The notes under the pieces: generated by a model
Databases searched by the model: none
What the model was told of the DNA's origin: nothing
What the model saw: the letters and a program-made list of their open reading frames with translations, nothing else
Made by a program: the position numbers and the translations under genes
Part shown: positions 9,928-19,522 of the stretch, one piece after another
How the letters are laid out: each line of letters begins with the position of its first letter
Numbering within the stretch: the stretch's first letter is position 1
Assembly (NCBI GenBank): GCA_016720655.1
Contig: JADKKE010000010.1
Span: forward strand, 69,042-133,041
Length of the DNA: 64,000 nt
Reading direction: 5' to 3'
Source: Bacteroidota bacterium
GTDB lineage: Bacteria; Bacteroidota; Bacteroidia; AKYH767-A; 2013-40CM-41-45

Positions 9928-11067
9928 TTATCTCCGTAAATCCACATATGAATTAAGCCGGATATCAGAATTTTTAATGGTGAGTACAACAAAGTAAGTT
10001 CCCTCCGGCAACGCTTCTCCATCCTTATTTTGCCCGTTCCAATCGGTGTTCATGTAGTTTTCCTTTTTGTAAACTTCATTCCCCCAGCGATTGAATACTG
10101 TGAACATATTTTCCGGGTACCTGTTGATGCCATGGATTTCATAGAACTCACCGAAAGGATCACCGTTGGGAGAAAATCCTGTTGGAAGATCGAGATCACA
10201 TTCCGCTACAGGAGGAACAATGATTTGCACTGTATCATATCCATAGCAGGTTCCATCCGTGATTGTCCACAATAAAATATTGGTACCATCTGTCAGGTTC
10301 GTCACTGTTGAATTTGGTGATGAAATACTGCTGAAAGTAGCACTTCCGCTAAGGTAACTCCAGGTACCGGTTACTGCACCGTTCAGTTGAGCGTCCAAAG
10401 AGAAAATCGGATCACAACCGGTCTGGTCAGTACCCGCATTCGCGGCGATCTGATTCGGCTGAACAATGATCACCGAAGAAGTACTCGTACAGTTGTTTCC
10501 ATCTGTAACGGTAACCGTATATGTATTCGGAGCCAGTCCGCTTGCGGAAGAGGTCGTTCCACCTGACGGTGACCAGGAATAGGTATATGGAATAATACCG
10601 CCATTCACATTTGCATTTGCACTACCATCACTTGTTCCATAGCAGGTAACGTTGACGCTTGTAGCTGTAATTGCTATCGCTTGTGGTTGGGTAATGGTAG
10701 CATTTAAATTAAGTGTACACCCATTTGCATCGGTAATCACAACGGAAATGGTACCCGCGGTTAAGCTATCTGCAATCAATCCTGTATCACTATTCGACCA
10801 TGCATACGTATAAGGTGCGGTTCCACCTGTCGCAGCAGTAACACTTGCATTGCCATTGTCACCGGTATTGCAACTCACCGGTGATGTCGAAGCAATACTC
10901 GAAGCAACAGAACCCGGCTGAAGAATATTTACTGAATCCAAAACCACACAATTATTGTTATCTGTGATAGTCACTACTATATATCCCGCTCCCAAACTAT
11001 CCGCACCGGTTCCAATGTCACCATTTGACCAGGAATAATTATAGGGTGAAGCTCCTCCCCGTGACAC
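9928..11067 (-). CDS. C-terminal segment of the copy-1 SprB-repeat adhesin, carrying the type-B T9SS sorting domain
   Basis: The sorting domain ends ...NGQNKDGEALPEGTYFVVLTIKNSDIRLNSYVDLRR. SprB-type repeats (GGTAPYTYAWSN..DTGL..DSL.AGT..V..TDANGC) are present. Its 5' end overlaps the next segment in another frame. Confidence 0.8.
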   Translation of the reverse strand: MSRGGASPYNYSWSNGDIGTGADSLGAGYIVVTITDNNNCVVLDSVNILQPGSVASSIASTSPVSCNTGDNGNASVTAATGGTAPYTYAWSNSDTGLIADSLTAGTISVVITDANGCTLNLNATITQPQAIAITATSVNVTCYGTSDGSANANVNGGIIPYTYSWSPSGGTTSSASGLAPNTYTVTVTDGNNCTSTSSVIIVQPNQIAANAGTDQTGCDPIFSLDAQLNGAVTGTWSYLSGSATFSSISSPNSTVTNLTDGTNILLWTITDGTCYGYDTVQIIVPPVAECDLDLPTGFSPNGDPFGEFYEIHGINRYPENMFTVFNRWGNEVYKKENYMNTDWNGQNKDGEALPEGTYFVVLTIKNSDIRLNSYVDLRR

Positions 11068-11869
11068 TCACATTGGCAGTACCATCATTTACTCCACTAC
11101 ACCGGGCGTCTACTCCCGAAACTGTTGGAATCAGTTGAGGACTTTCCGTGATGGTGGCTGAAACAGTACCTGTACAATTGTTTGCATCCGTAATTGTAAC
11201 TGTCACTGCGCCGGCAGGCAAACTGTCGGCAGTAATACCTGTGTCTCCATTCGTCCATGAATAAGTAAAAGGAGATGTGCCACCACTGAAGGTGACACTC
11301 GCTGAACCAAGCGCTGAACCGAAACACAAATTATCTATCTGAGAAGAAATGCTTGCAGTAATTGTTGGCAGCGCACTTACCACAACGCTATCCAGGTGTG
11401 TACAATTCACGCTGTCAGTTATGGTGATATAATAAGTACCCGGACTTAATCCGCTTGCAGTGGCAGTGCTTTGTCCTCCCGGATTCCAGGAATACGTATA
11501 CGGGGTGAGACCACTGGTTACGACGACACTGGCTGATCCATTTGATTGTCCACAGGTCGTTGCTGTTGACGAAATGGTGTTTGTGATTGCAGGAGGCTCC
11601 GTTAGTGTGAAGCTTGCTGAATCAACACAGCCATTTGCATCTGTAATATTCACAGTGTAGGAATTGGCAGCAAGTCCTGTGATGTTCTGAGTTGTTTCTG
11701 TAGTTGACCAGAGATATGAAATCGGTGCTACACCTCCATTTACATTCAGGTTAATAAATCCATCTCCGGAATTGTTGCATGTCAGATTGAATCCATTGAA
11801 TCCGAAATTGTCGCAACCGGATCCAATGGCAAAGGTTCCGTAAGAATAAAGGAGGTGTCCAACATACAA
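11039..11869 (-). CDS. Middle segment of the same SprB-repeat adhesin, joined to its neighbours by apparent frameshifts
   Basis: Contains the same repeat family (SGLTPYTYSWNPGG...TITDSVNCT). It overlaps both flanking ORFs. Confidence 0.65.
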   Translation of the reverse strand: MYVGHLLYSYGTFAIGSGCDNFGFNGFNLTCNNSGDGFINLNVNGGVAPISYLWSTTETTQNITGLAANSYTVNITDANGCVDSASFTLTEPPAITNTISSTATTCGQSNGSASVVVTSGLTPYTYSWNPGGQSTATASGLSPGTYYITITDSVNCTHLDSVVVSALPTITASISSQIDNLCFGSALGSASVTFSGGTSPFTYSWTNGDTGITADSLPAGAVTVTITDANNCTGTVSATITESPQLIPTVSGVDARCSGVNDGTANVSVTGRSFTL

Positions 11870-14800
11870 CCATTTGCATCAAAGACTCTGACATTGATTG
11901 TATCTGCAGGTAAATTGCAAGCCTGGTTTCCAAGAATATTATCATCGATATCCCACTCATAAGTATAAGGAGTGCTTCCACCTCCTACTGCTACAGTAAT
12001 ACAAGCAAGTGAATCTCCGTTGCAGGGAACATTGTATCCATTGAACAAAGAAAATGTAGCACTAAGATTGACAGGAATCGGCTGTGTGAATGAAATTGAA
12101 TCTGTATGCTGACAACCATTGCTGTCAGTGACTGTGAGGTAATATGTTCCGGCACTCAGACCCACTGCCGAATCAGCCACATCTCCGTTAGACCATAAGT
12201 ATTGATAAGGCGGTACTCCTCCCGATGCAGTAGCATATGCTGTTCCATCATTGTATCCGAAACAACTCACGTTGACACCACCACTATACACGAAGGGCTC
12301 AGAAATTGTTACACTGGTATCTTTTCTACATCCATTGCCATCAATAATAGTTACATCGTATGTCCCCGAAGTCAATCCGCCAATGCTATCGGTCGTCTGA
12401 GAATTGGACCACAGATATGTATAATTCCCATCTCCGCCGGTAACTGTGAGGGAAATGAAACCATTGCTTCCACCATTGCACTGAACTCCATAACCCTGGA
12501 AATCGGCAGTAACTGCGGGAGTCGTCAATGAATCCGGATTTGGCAAAACGAAACCAACACTATCCGTACAATTATTCACATCCGTTACTATCGCATAAAC
12601 AGTCCCTGAAGTCAGATGACCGCAGGAATCAGTGGTTGCACCGTTTGACCATAAATATGTATAGGGAGCAACACTTCCGGAAGTATTTAGAATTACATAT
12701 CCGGATGAATCTCCAAAACATTTGGGTTGTTGAATAACAGGTGCGTAAGCAAAAGGATTCGGTTGAACAAGTGTTGTTGATCCAAGGATCGAACAACCAT
12801 TGATATCGGATACGGAAACCTCTACTGCTCCTGCTGGTAAATTGAAGATTGTGTCATTTCCTGATCCGGTGGACCAAAGGAAATTGTAAGGTGGAGTTCC
12901 ACCGGTTACTTGAGCAGAAACTGTTCCTGATGAATCTCCGAAACAACGCACATTCACATCTCCAAAAAATTGTATGGAAGTAATGAGCGAAACAAGAGTA
13001 TCCGGTTCCGTCACTGTAATAGTATCCAGTAAAGCACATCCATTAATATCAGTAATTGTCACATCATAAAATCCTGCCGGCAAACCTCCGATGCTGTCGG
13101 TAGTTTGTGAAAGCGGACTCCACATATAAGAATAAGGTATGGAACCGCCATACGCAACTGTTTTGATCCAACCCGAAGATTCACCTCTGCAAATAACATG
13201 ATGAACAATCAGAGAATCCTGTAAAGTTGCAGGTTCTGTAAGAGTGGTTGATATCAGGGTAGTGCAACCATGGTTGTCTGTAACAGTAACTGAATAGGAT
13301 CCGGCAGGAACTTGTGCAATGGAATCAAGAACAGATCCATTCGACCACGCATAAGTATACGGTGCTGTTCCACCGATTACACTTGCCTTCACTGTGCCTG
13401 TAGAATCTCCATTGCATCCGATATTCGTACCACCCGGAGTGATTGAAAAGTTGATGAATGTAGAACTGAGAACAAGAGGTTCGGTGATTAGTACTGTTGT
13501 ATCGAAGGTACACAGATTTGCATCCACGATAGTCACTGTATATGTTCCGGCAAATAAACTGTCGGCACTATTCCCTATATCGCCATTTGACCAACTTACA
13601 TTATAAGGAGGTGTTCCTCCGGATGGAACAACATTGGCTGTTCCCGTAAAACCACCATTGCAAAGTACATCTGTGGAAACGAGAGATGAAGCAGGGATTC
13701 CAACAGCAGCTCCAGGTTGTGTGATCGTTTGTGTAATAATTTGCTGACATCCTTTGGAATCACGAACAGTGTCAGCATATGTGCCGGGTGCAAGTCCGCT
13801 TACGTTTGCTGTGGTATCACCATTGGACCAGGAATGGGTGTACGGACTGGTTCCACCACTTACCGTGGTTGATATTGTTCCGTTTGCATTCCCGTTACAA
13901 GTCACATTATTAAATCCAGAGATCGCTGCATTCAAAATTGTTGGTTCGGTGATCAGCACTGTGTCCTCACTTGTACATCCATTTCGATCTGTAACTGTAA
14001 CGATATATGAATTTGCGGCAAGACCGGTTGCAGTAATTGTTGTTTGACCTCCCGGAGCCCAGGAATAAGTGTACGGTAGAATTCCCCCGGAAGCAGATGC
14101 AGTGGCGGTTCCGTCAGTACCTCCGTTACAACTTACATCCGTTGAACTTGCAACGGATGTAGCAATAATTGTAGGTGGCGCTGTTAGAGTTGTAGAATTT
14201 GTTTTGGTACAGCCACTGGCGTCCGTTACAGTCACTGTAAATGTTCCTACTCCCAGCCCGGTTGCAGTTTGTGTTGTCTGGCCGGAAGGATTCCAGGCAT
14301 ACGTATACGGTAAAGTACCACCTACTGCGACTGCGGTAATTGCTCCATCACTTCCTCCGTTGCAATGCAAATTATATCCGTTGTATCCGGGAGAAGTTAC
14401 ACTCACGTCAATAACCGGAACAGTGATGGAATATGAAAATGTTTGTGAACCGTTTGTCGGACAAGCATTGTCCCTCACAATTACAATGAATGAATACGGT
14501 TGTGATCTCGCATCGGCTAAGGTTGGGGTCCAGGTGAAAGTACCTACAGGGTTCAATATTCCGGACGTTGTAAATGTCGCTCCCGGAATCACGTCATTCC
14601 AATACATCAGGACTGTATCGGTTGGGTTTGGGTCGGTAGAGTTAACAGTAAAAGATATTGTACTTCCCGGACAGCCAACAGTAGCAAAAATATTCGTGCC
14701 ATTAATTCCGGAAGCTATCGGCAACAAGTTTGGGTTACATACCTTGGTTAAAAATTGCATATCCCGGATCACACTACCGATAAGGACACCATTTCTGTAT

Positions 14801-15639
14801 TCACGAACAAGAATAGCTGTTACTCCAATTTCTCCATTCACCGTTGCATTCATATTGATGTCGCCGTTGTTGGAGTTTAAACTCACAGCGGGACTTGATG
14901 ATAAGGGAGATGCAGCGGAATAACCGGGATTAAAAGTAACCGTGCCAATTGTACTTGTTGCTGCGTCGAATTTCTTGGGAGTAACAAATGAATAAACCAA
15001 TGAATCTCCATTCGGATCAAATACTCCATGATTGTATGTGAAACTTTGATTTACACAAACAAAAGCTACAGGAATATTTGTGAATTGTGGCGAACTATTA
15101 CTTTGAAAAGCCAGGTTGTTAAAGGTAGCTTCAACGTACATGTTATCGCTACATGGAGCATTCAGTGTTGTAATTGCGCAATTTCTGCAACACACATAAA
15201 AACTAAATACCCAATCTGCACATTGCTGAGGAAGTGTGACATTGTTTTTGTATTCATATTTCTGATAACCTGCATAAGGTGATGCTGCATTTGTACATTT
15301 GGTTTGCACTGTGCGACAAGGAAAAGTGATTTCCTGCCCTGTGCCGGGCACCAGGTTTAATGTAAAATTCTGATTTCTGCTGCAGGAGGTTGACTTCGCA
15401 TTCAAGGTCACAGTTCCGGGAGCAGCAACTCCTGCACAATCTCTGTAGAAGGATACAGTGACAGTGTATGTGTTCCCACTCACCCAGGTATAGGTAAGAT
15501 CGGCTCCTGACGAGTGTGTTGCGAACGTTTGTTGTGATGGAAAGGCTGCAAAAAAAAGTACGAGGAGAAACGTTAAAACCGGTACTAAAAAACTTCCGGA
15601 ATCTCTTTTTGCAATATTCAGGTATCGTAGTTTCATCAT
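11782..15639 (-). CDS. N-terminal approximately 1285 aa of the copy-1 SprB-like gliding-motility adhesin
   Basis: The likely start is MMKLRYL, with a signal peptide (FLVPVLTFLLVLFFAAFPSQQTFA). The N-terminal domain is conserved with copy 2 (TYTVTVSFYRDC versus TYRVELTFYRDC). More than 12 SprB repeats (GGT.PY.YSWSNG...GTY.VTVTD.NGC) follow. Confidence 0.8.
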   Translation of the reverse strand: MMKLRYLNIAKRDSGSFLVPVLTFLLVLFFAAFPSQQTFATHSSGADLTYTWVSGNTYTVTVSFYRDCAGVAAPGTVTLNAKSTSCSRNQNFTLNLVPGTGQEITFPCRTVQTKCTNAASPYAGYQKYEYKNNVTLPQQCADWVFSFYVCCRNCAITTLNAPCSDNMYVEATFNNLAFQSNSSPQFTNIPVAFVCVNQSFTYNHGVFDPNGDSLVYSFVTPKKFDAATSTIGTVTFNPGYSAASPLSSSPAVSLNSNNGDINMNATVNGEIGVTAILVREYRNGVLIGSVIRDMQFLTKVCNPNLLPIASGINGTNIFATVGCPGSTISFTVNSTDPNPTDTVLMYWNDVIPGATFTTSGILNPVGTFTWTPTLADARSQPYSFIVIVRDNACPTNGSQTFSYSITVPVIDVSVTSPGYNGYNLHCNGGSDGAITAVAVGGTLPYTYAWNPSGQTTQTATGLGVGTFTVTVTDASGCTKTNSTTLTAPPTIIATSVASSTDVSCNGGTDGTATASASGGILPYTYSWAPGGQTTITATGLAANSYIVTVTDRNGCTSEDTVLITEPTILNAAISGFNNVTCNGNANGTISTTVSGGTSPYTHSWSNGDTTANVSGLAPGTYADTVRDSKGCQQIITQTITQPGAAVGIPASSLVSTDVLCNGGFTGTANVVPSGGTPPYNVSWSNGDIGNSADSLFAGTYTVTIVDANLCTFDTTVLITEPLVLSSTFINFSITPGGTNIGCNGDSTGTVKASVIGGTAPYTYAWSNGSVLDSIAQVPAGSYSVTVTDNHGCTTLISTTLTEPATLQDSLIVHHVICRGESSGWIKTVAYGGSIPYSYMWSPLSQTTDSIGGLPAGFYDVTITDINGCALLDTITVTEPDTLVSLITSIQFFGDVNVRCFGDSSGTVSAQVTGGTPPYNFLWSTGSGNDTIFNLPAGAVEVSVSDINGCSILGSTTLVQPNPFAYAPVIQQPKCFGDSSGYVILNTSGSVAPYTYLWSNGATTDSCGHLTSGTVYAIVTDVNNCTDSVGFVLPNPDSLTTPAVTADFQGYGVQCNGGSNGFISLTVTGGDGNYTYLWSNSQTTDSIGGLTSGTYDVTIIDGNGCRKDTSVTISEPFVYSGGVNVSCFGYNDGTAYATASGGVPPYQYLWSNGDVADSAVGLSAGTYYLTVTDSNGCQHTDSISFTQPIPVNLSATFSLFNGYNVPCNGDSLACITVAVGGGSTPYTYEWDIDDNILGNQACNLPADTINVRVFDANGCMLDTSFILTEPLPLDPVATISDSMDSI

Positions 15640-16065
15640 TGATTGGGGTTGTGAAATGGCAAACGGATCACCTCGAATCTTGTTCGAGCGCAAAACGCAC
15701 CAATGGTGCAAGTTCGTATTTCACAGTACATTAATTGACTCTTATACCCCTATCCTTATGAACACTTTTATTAACAAAAACGAAGGATTTTACTCTTGAA
15801 ATTAACAAATCGTCACAATCAATGCATCCGATTCCATTCAAAAAAAAATTGCGTACACGAATTTCAATGCGGCTGTCATGTGCTTATTTTCAACCAAACA
15901 AAATCTTTAATTTTTGGTATCCATGCGGATATCGTTAAAAAGAATTGAAAAATTTTTACACAGGAGCAATAAGCAAACACAAATTTGTGATGCACAACAA
16001 AAATGGAGACACACAAAATTCAATGATAATTACCCTTTCAATCGATCACTCGAAAGGATTGAAAA

Positions 16066-16482
16066 TTATACAGGCCAATCGTTAATAGTCATAACTGTGC
16101 CCGGTGAATCGCCATAGGTCGTAATCGTCATTTTAAGGGCTGAAATTACGATCCTTTCAGTCATGGGATTTGTATCGTGATCATTGTATGATTCAAAGTA
16201 ATTCACAACGTATGCGTCTTCAAACTCTATCGATTTTTCACGCATTCCGGTTCTCCGTGAACGGAAATGAAGTTCACCTCTTTTTGTTAAATGATGTTCC
16301 ACCATCCATTGAATAAAGGTAATATCTCCCGATGTTTCTACTTCAAGGTTGATCAGCCCTCCGAACACACGACCATTGGGTCTTCCTGTTTCTGTGATGG
16401 GTTGATTGAATGCATAATCACAATGCATCACTCTGTACGTTTTTCCTTCGATTACCAATTCGGCATTGTACACAATAGGCAT
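16066..16482 (-). CDS. Hcp/TssD-like tube protein of the Bacteroidota T6SS-iii type, orphan gene
   Basis: 138 aa. The sequence MPIVYNAELVIEGKTYRVMHCDYAFNQPITETGRPNGRVFGGLINLEVETSGD...SIEFEDAYVVNYFESYNDHDTNPMTERIVISA matches my recollection of Bacteroidota TssD proteins in size and motif order. Confidence 0.55.
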   Translation of the reverse strand: MPIVYNAELVIEGKTYRVMHCDYAFNQPITETGRPNGRVFGGLINLEVETSGDITFIQWMVEHHLTKRGELHFRSRRTGMREKSIEFEDAYVVNYFESYNDHDTNPMTERIVISALKMTITTYGDSPGTVMTINDWPV

Positions 16483-16654
16483 AATAGTTGTTTTTAATGA
16501 ATAAGAAATTTTTAAGATCTGAATCCTTTGACCGATTCAATTGAATCACAAGTTATAAATTTTCAATAACATAGCAAACTTCCAATGGAAGCCCGCCCTT
16601 TCGGAAATACTAAGACCGTCACAATCAACAGCATTTTGTAATAGATTATAAAAA

Positions 16655-16700
16655 GACAAAAGGGAAACAAATTTCTTTGCTTCCCTTTTGTCTTTTGTGT
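16655..16700 (-). terminator. Terminator hairpin downstream of porE-like copy 2
   Basis: The same hairpin plus T-run as at 6855..6900. Confidence 0.5.
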
Positions 16701-16714
16701 TGTTTGGGATCGGA

Positions 16715-18391
16715 TTATTGCTGTGTCATCTTGGTGACCTTAAATTCTGTTCTCCGGTTGGCCTGGTGCTGCTCTTCGCTACACTCCACACCATTGCTGC
16801 AGCCATTCACCAGCTGCGTTTCTCCATAGCCTTTGGCAACCAGACGATCAGCAAGGATGCCGTGCTTCACAAGGTAGTCGACGACCGATTCAGCCCGCTT
16901 CTGGGAGAGTGTCATGTTGTATTTATCGTCGGCCCGCGAATCGGTATGTGAGCCCAGTTCTATCGAGATATCCGGATTGTCACGCATGATTCCTACCAGT
17001 TTGTCAAGGCCTTCCGCTGCATCAGTACGGATATTGTATTTATCCAAATCGTAGTAAATGTTCTCCAGAACTATCGGTTTGTTCACGATGATCTGTTCCA
17101 TCTCCAGCTTGAGCTTGACAAACATATTCTCGCTCTGCTTCTTTCCCACCGTACTCACCGGTTCCGTATTGGTAAAATAACTGTCCTTGCTCCCCATCAC
17201 TACATAGTCCGTCTCCGGGTTCAGCTTGAAGAAAAATTTTCCATCCGGGCCCGTGGTGAAGAGTTCTTTCTTGCCCGTCTTCTTGTTGGTCAGTTCAACC
17301 ACCACGCCCGCCAGCGGTTCCTGTGTCGATTTCTCAACAGCTATCCCTTCCAGGGTAAAGCGTAGATCATTCACCGTAAAGGCGTAGATATTATCCTGGG
17401 TCGTATTCTTTGTGTCGCGGTTACTCGATACCAATCCGGCCGTCCCGCTGTCGTTCAAGGCAATCCCAAAATCATCGTAACTCGTATTGAGCGGATAGCC
17501 CATGTTCTGCGGACGGCTCCAACTCCCTTCACTTTGCGCGCTGCTGAATACATCCAGTCCGCCCATTCCGTAATGGCCCTCTGAACTAAAATACAAGATC
17601 GAATCTGGAAGCTCATCGGGAAGAGTTCGTTGTTCGGACTGTTTACCGTTGACCGAGATTTTCAGGTTTGCTCCACGCTCCGTTTTCTTTTTGCAACGGT
17701 ACACGTCCGTGCCGCCTTGTCCGCCCGGCATGTCACTCACAAAATAGAGTGTGTTCCCGTCTTTGCTCAAGCTCGGATGGCCCAAACTATAGTCTGCATT
17801 GTCGTAGGGAAAATCTGTGATGAAACGAAAGGTGCTGTCTTTCTTTATGCCCTGGCAGATCTTTAAGATCACCACATCGTCGTCTGACTTCTTCACTTTC
17901 CGGGCCACATACGTATTCCGTGTGAAGTAAACCGTATCTCCTTTGCTGCTGAAGCTGGCCGGACCTTCGTGGTAGATTCCGTTCAGTTCTCCTTTGAGTA
18001 ATTCCGGTGCGCCGTAATTCCCCTTCCCATTGTCTTTGGAATAATACAAATCCAAAAACGGACGGCCCGTCCACTGGTAGGTTTTCGTCGAACCTTTGCC
18101 CGGGGTACGGTCGCTCACAAAAACGATTCCATCCTTGTACCACACCGGGGAGAAGTTACTCTGACCGCTGTTGATGCTGCTGCTCTGAAGTGTATACTTT
18201 GCACTATCGGCCTGCCACCGTGTGATACTGTCGCAGGAGCTCCGCATTTTGCGCGCGCTTTCATCGCCCGGCTGAGAGCCCAGGTATTGGTCAAAATAAT
18301 TTTTTTATCCGGTTACCCTGACGCATGTGATAACTTGCACAGCTACTCAACAGTACTACTACTGCTGCACTCGCTGCAATTTTGGAAAAGT
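16715..18391 (-). pseudogene. porE: PorE-like OmpA/PD40 protein, copy 2, with a deletion of about 250 bp in the TPR region and internal compensating frameshifts
   Basis: The 510-aa ORF 16715..18247 carries the PD40 repeats, the carboxypeptidase-regulatory-like region and the OmpA_C domain. The original start at 18391 (MIKNFSKIAASAAVVVLLSSCASYHMRQGN) now runs into a stop because a deletion is visible at 18295..18310. The stretch KKKTERGANLKISVNGKQSEQRTLPDELPD is out of frame relative to copy 1. Confidence 0.7.
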
Positions 18392-18404
18392 TCTTGATCA
18401 TATT

Positions 18405-18500
18405 TTATTTGTTCAAGGTTCAAAGTTCAAGGTTCAAGGTTGTTAGTGGTTTGTGAGTTCGTGGGTTAACGTCCCTCGTCCCCCGTCCCCCGTCCCTTCC
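18405..18500. repeat. Intergenic short tandem repeats (ttcaaggt, gtgrgtt, cgtccc units), a variant of the set at 8839..8942
   Basis: Read directly in the sequence. Confidence 0.8.
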
Positions 18501-18501
18501 C

Positions 18502-19431
18502 TTAAAAATAACGTGGCGTCTTGATCTTCATAATATCATATCCAAAATCATAGCCTATCATGATCTCGTGAGAGCCGGAGCTGTAATCCTTGATATCGGT
18601 AAATGTAAAATCATAGCTGTAGCCCAATCGTAATTTTTTGCTCAGTTGCAATTCTAAAAGCGCTACAAAGCTGTCGCCTGTCCGGTAGCTTCCACCGATC
18701 CAAAGCGTGTTGGCAAGCAAGACATTCAGATTGAAGTCTGCTTCCACCGGTGCATTCTGTACATACTTCACCAGCACGCTCGGACGAAGAACTACATCCG
18801 GATGCACCGGCAATGCCACACCCACTGTCCCAAAGTAATGGCGCACCTGATGCGGGATCACCTCGCCGCTGTTCACATCGATACTCAGACTCTTGCTCGG
18901 ATCATAACTGATGATCGTGGGTACCGATAAGCCCGCATAAAATTTTTCAGTATACAAATAGGCACCTGCTCCAACGTTCGGCAGGAATTTCGATACCTGA
19001 TCACCCGCAAAAGCCGGATCACCCGTATCCCAGTATTTCAAATCGCTGTTCTTATAACTGTAATACCCGCCTCCGGCACGAAGTCCAACCGAGAGTTTCA
19101 TCTTCGCTCCTACCTTCAGATGATACGCAGCATTCAAATACGCATCTGTTCTGTCAGTCACCGCGATCTTATCGTGGCTCAGTAAAACTCCCCAGCCAAA
19201 ATTCGTCAGACCCAAAGGACCGTGCAAAGAAGCAACCTGTGTCTCCGGCGCGCCTTTAAAATCAACCCACTGCTTCCGGTACAACAGTGTCGCCATCATG
19301 TACTCTTTGCTCCCCGCATACGCCGGGTTCAACAGCAAATGATTAAACATATACTGGCTCACAAGGATGTCCTGCTGCGCATAACCACTAAGGCCACTCA
19401 GGAACAGGACGATCGTTAGGATTCTTTTCAT
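18502..19431 (-). CDS. porP: PorP/SprF-family T9SS membrane protein, copy 2, identical protein to copy 1
   Basis: The ORF translation is identical to that of 8945..9874. Confidence 0.9.
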   Translation of the reverse strand: MKRILTIVLFLSGLSGYAQQDILVSQYMFNHLLLNPAYAGSKEYMMATLLYRKQWVDFKGAPETQVASLHGPLGLTNFGWGVLLSHDKIAVTDRTDAYLNAAYHLKVGAKMKLSVGLRAGGGYYSYKNSDLKYWDTGDPAFAGDQVSKFLPNVGAGAYLYTEKFYAGLSVPTIISYDPSKSLSIDVNSGEVIPHQVRHYFGTVGVALPVHPDVVLRPSVLVKYVQNAPVEADFNLNVLLANTLWIGGSYRTGDSFVALLELQLSKKLRLGYSYDFTFTDIKDYSSGSHEIMIGYDFGYDIMKIKTPRYF

Positions 19432-19522
19432 GGGTTTTTATTTTTCTTGCACTTGATTTATTCATTGATTGGAATAAATCAAAAATATCTTAGTTGAAAA
19501 TTAGTTTTGAAATTAAATTGCT

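Noticed and set aside
14069-14923. 284-aa plus-strand ORF, and many other plus-strand ORFs of 60-140 aa inside 9928-15711 and 19523-23392
   Set aside because: They are antisense to the SprB-repeat coding sequence. Their long open frames come from the low-complexity, stop-poor composition of the antisense repeats. No start context or domain supports them.
16066-16482. Alternative call for the 138-aa protein as a generic phage tail-tube protein
   Set aside because: This is not fully excluded. The Hcp/TssD reading is preferred because the length and motif order match Bacteroidota TssD as I recall it, and no other phage genes are nearby. The alternative is kept open in the finding.
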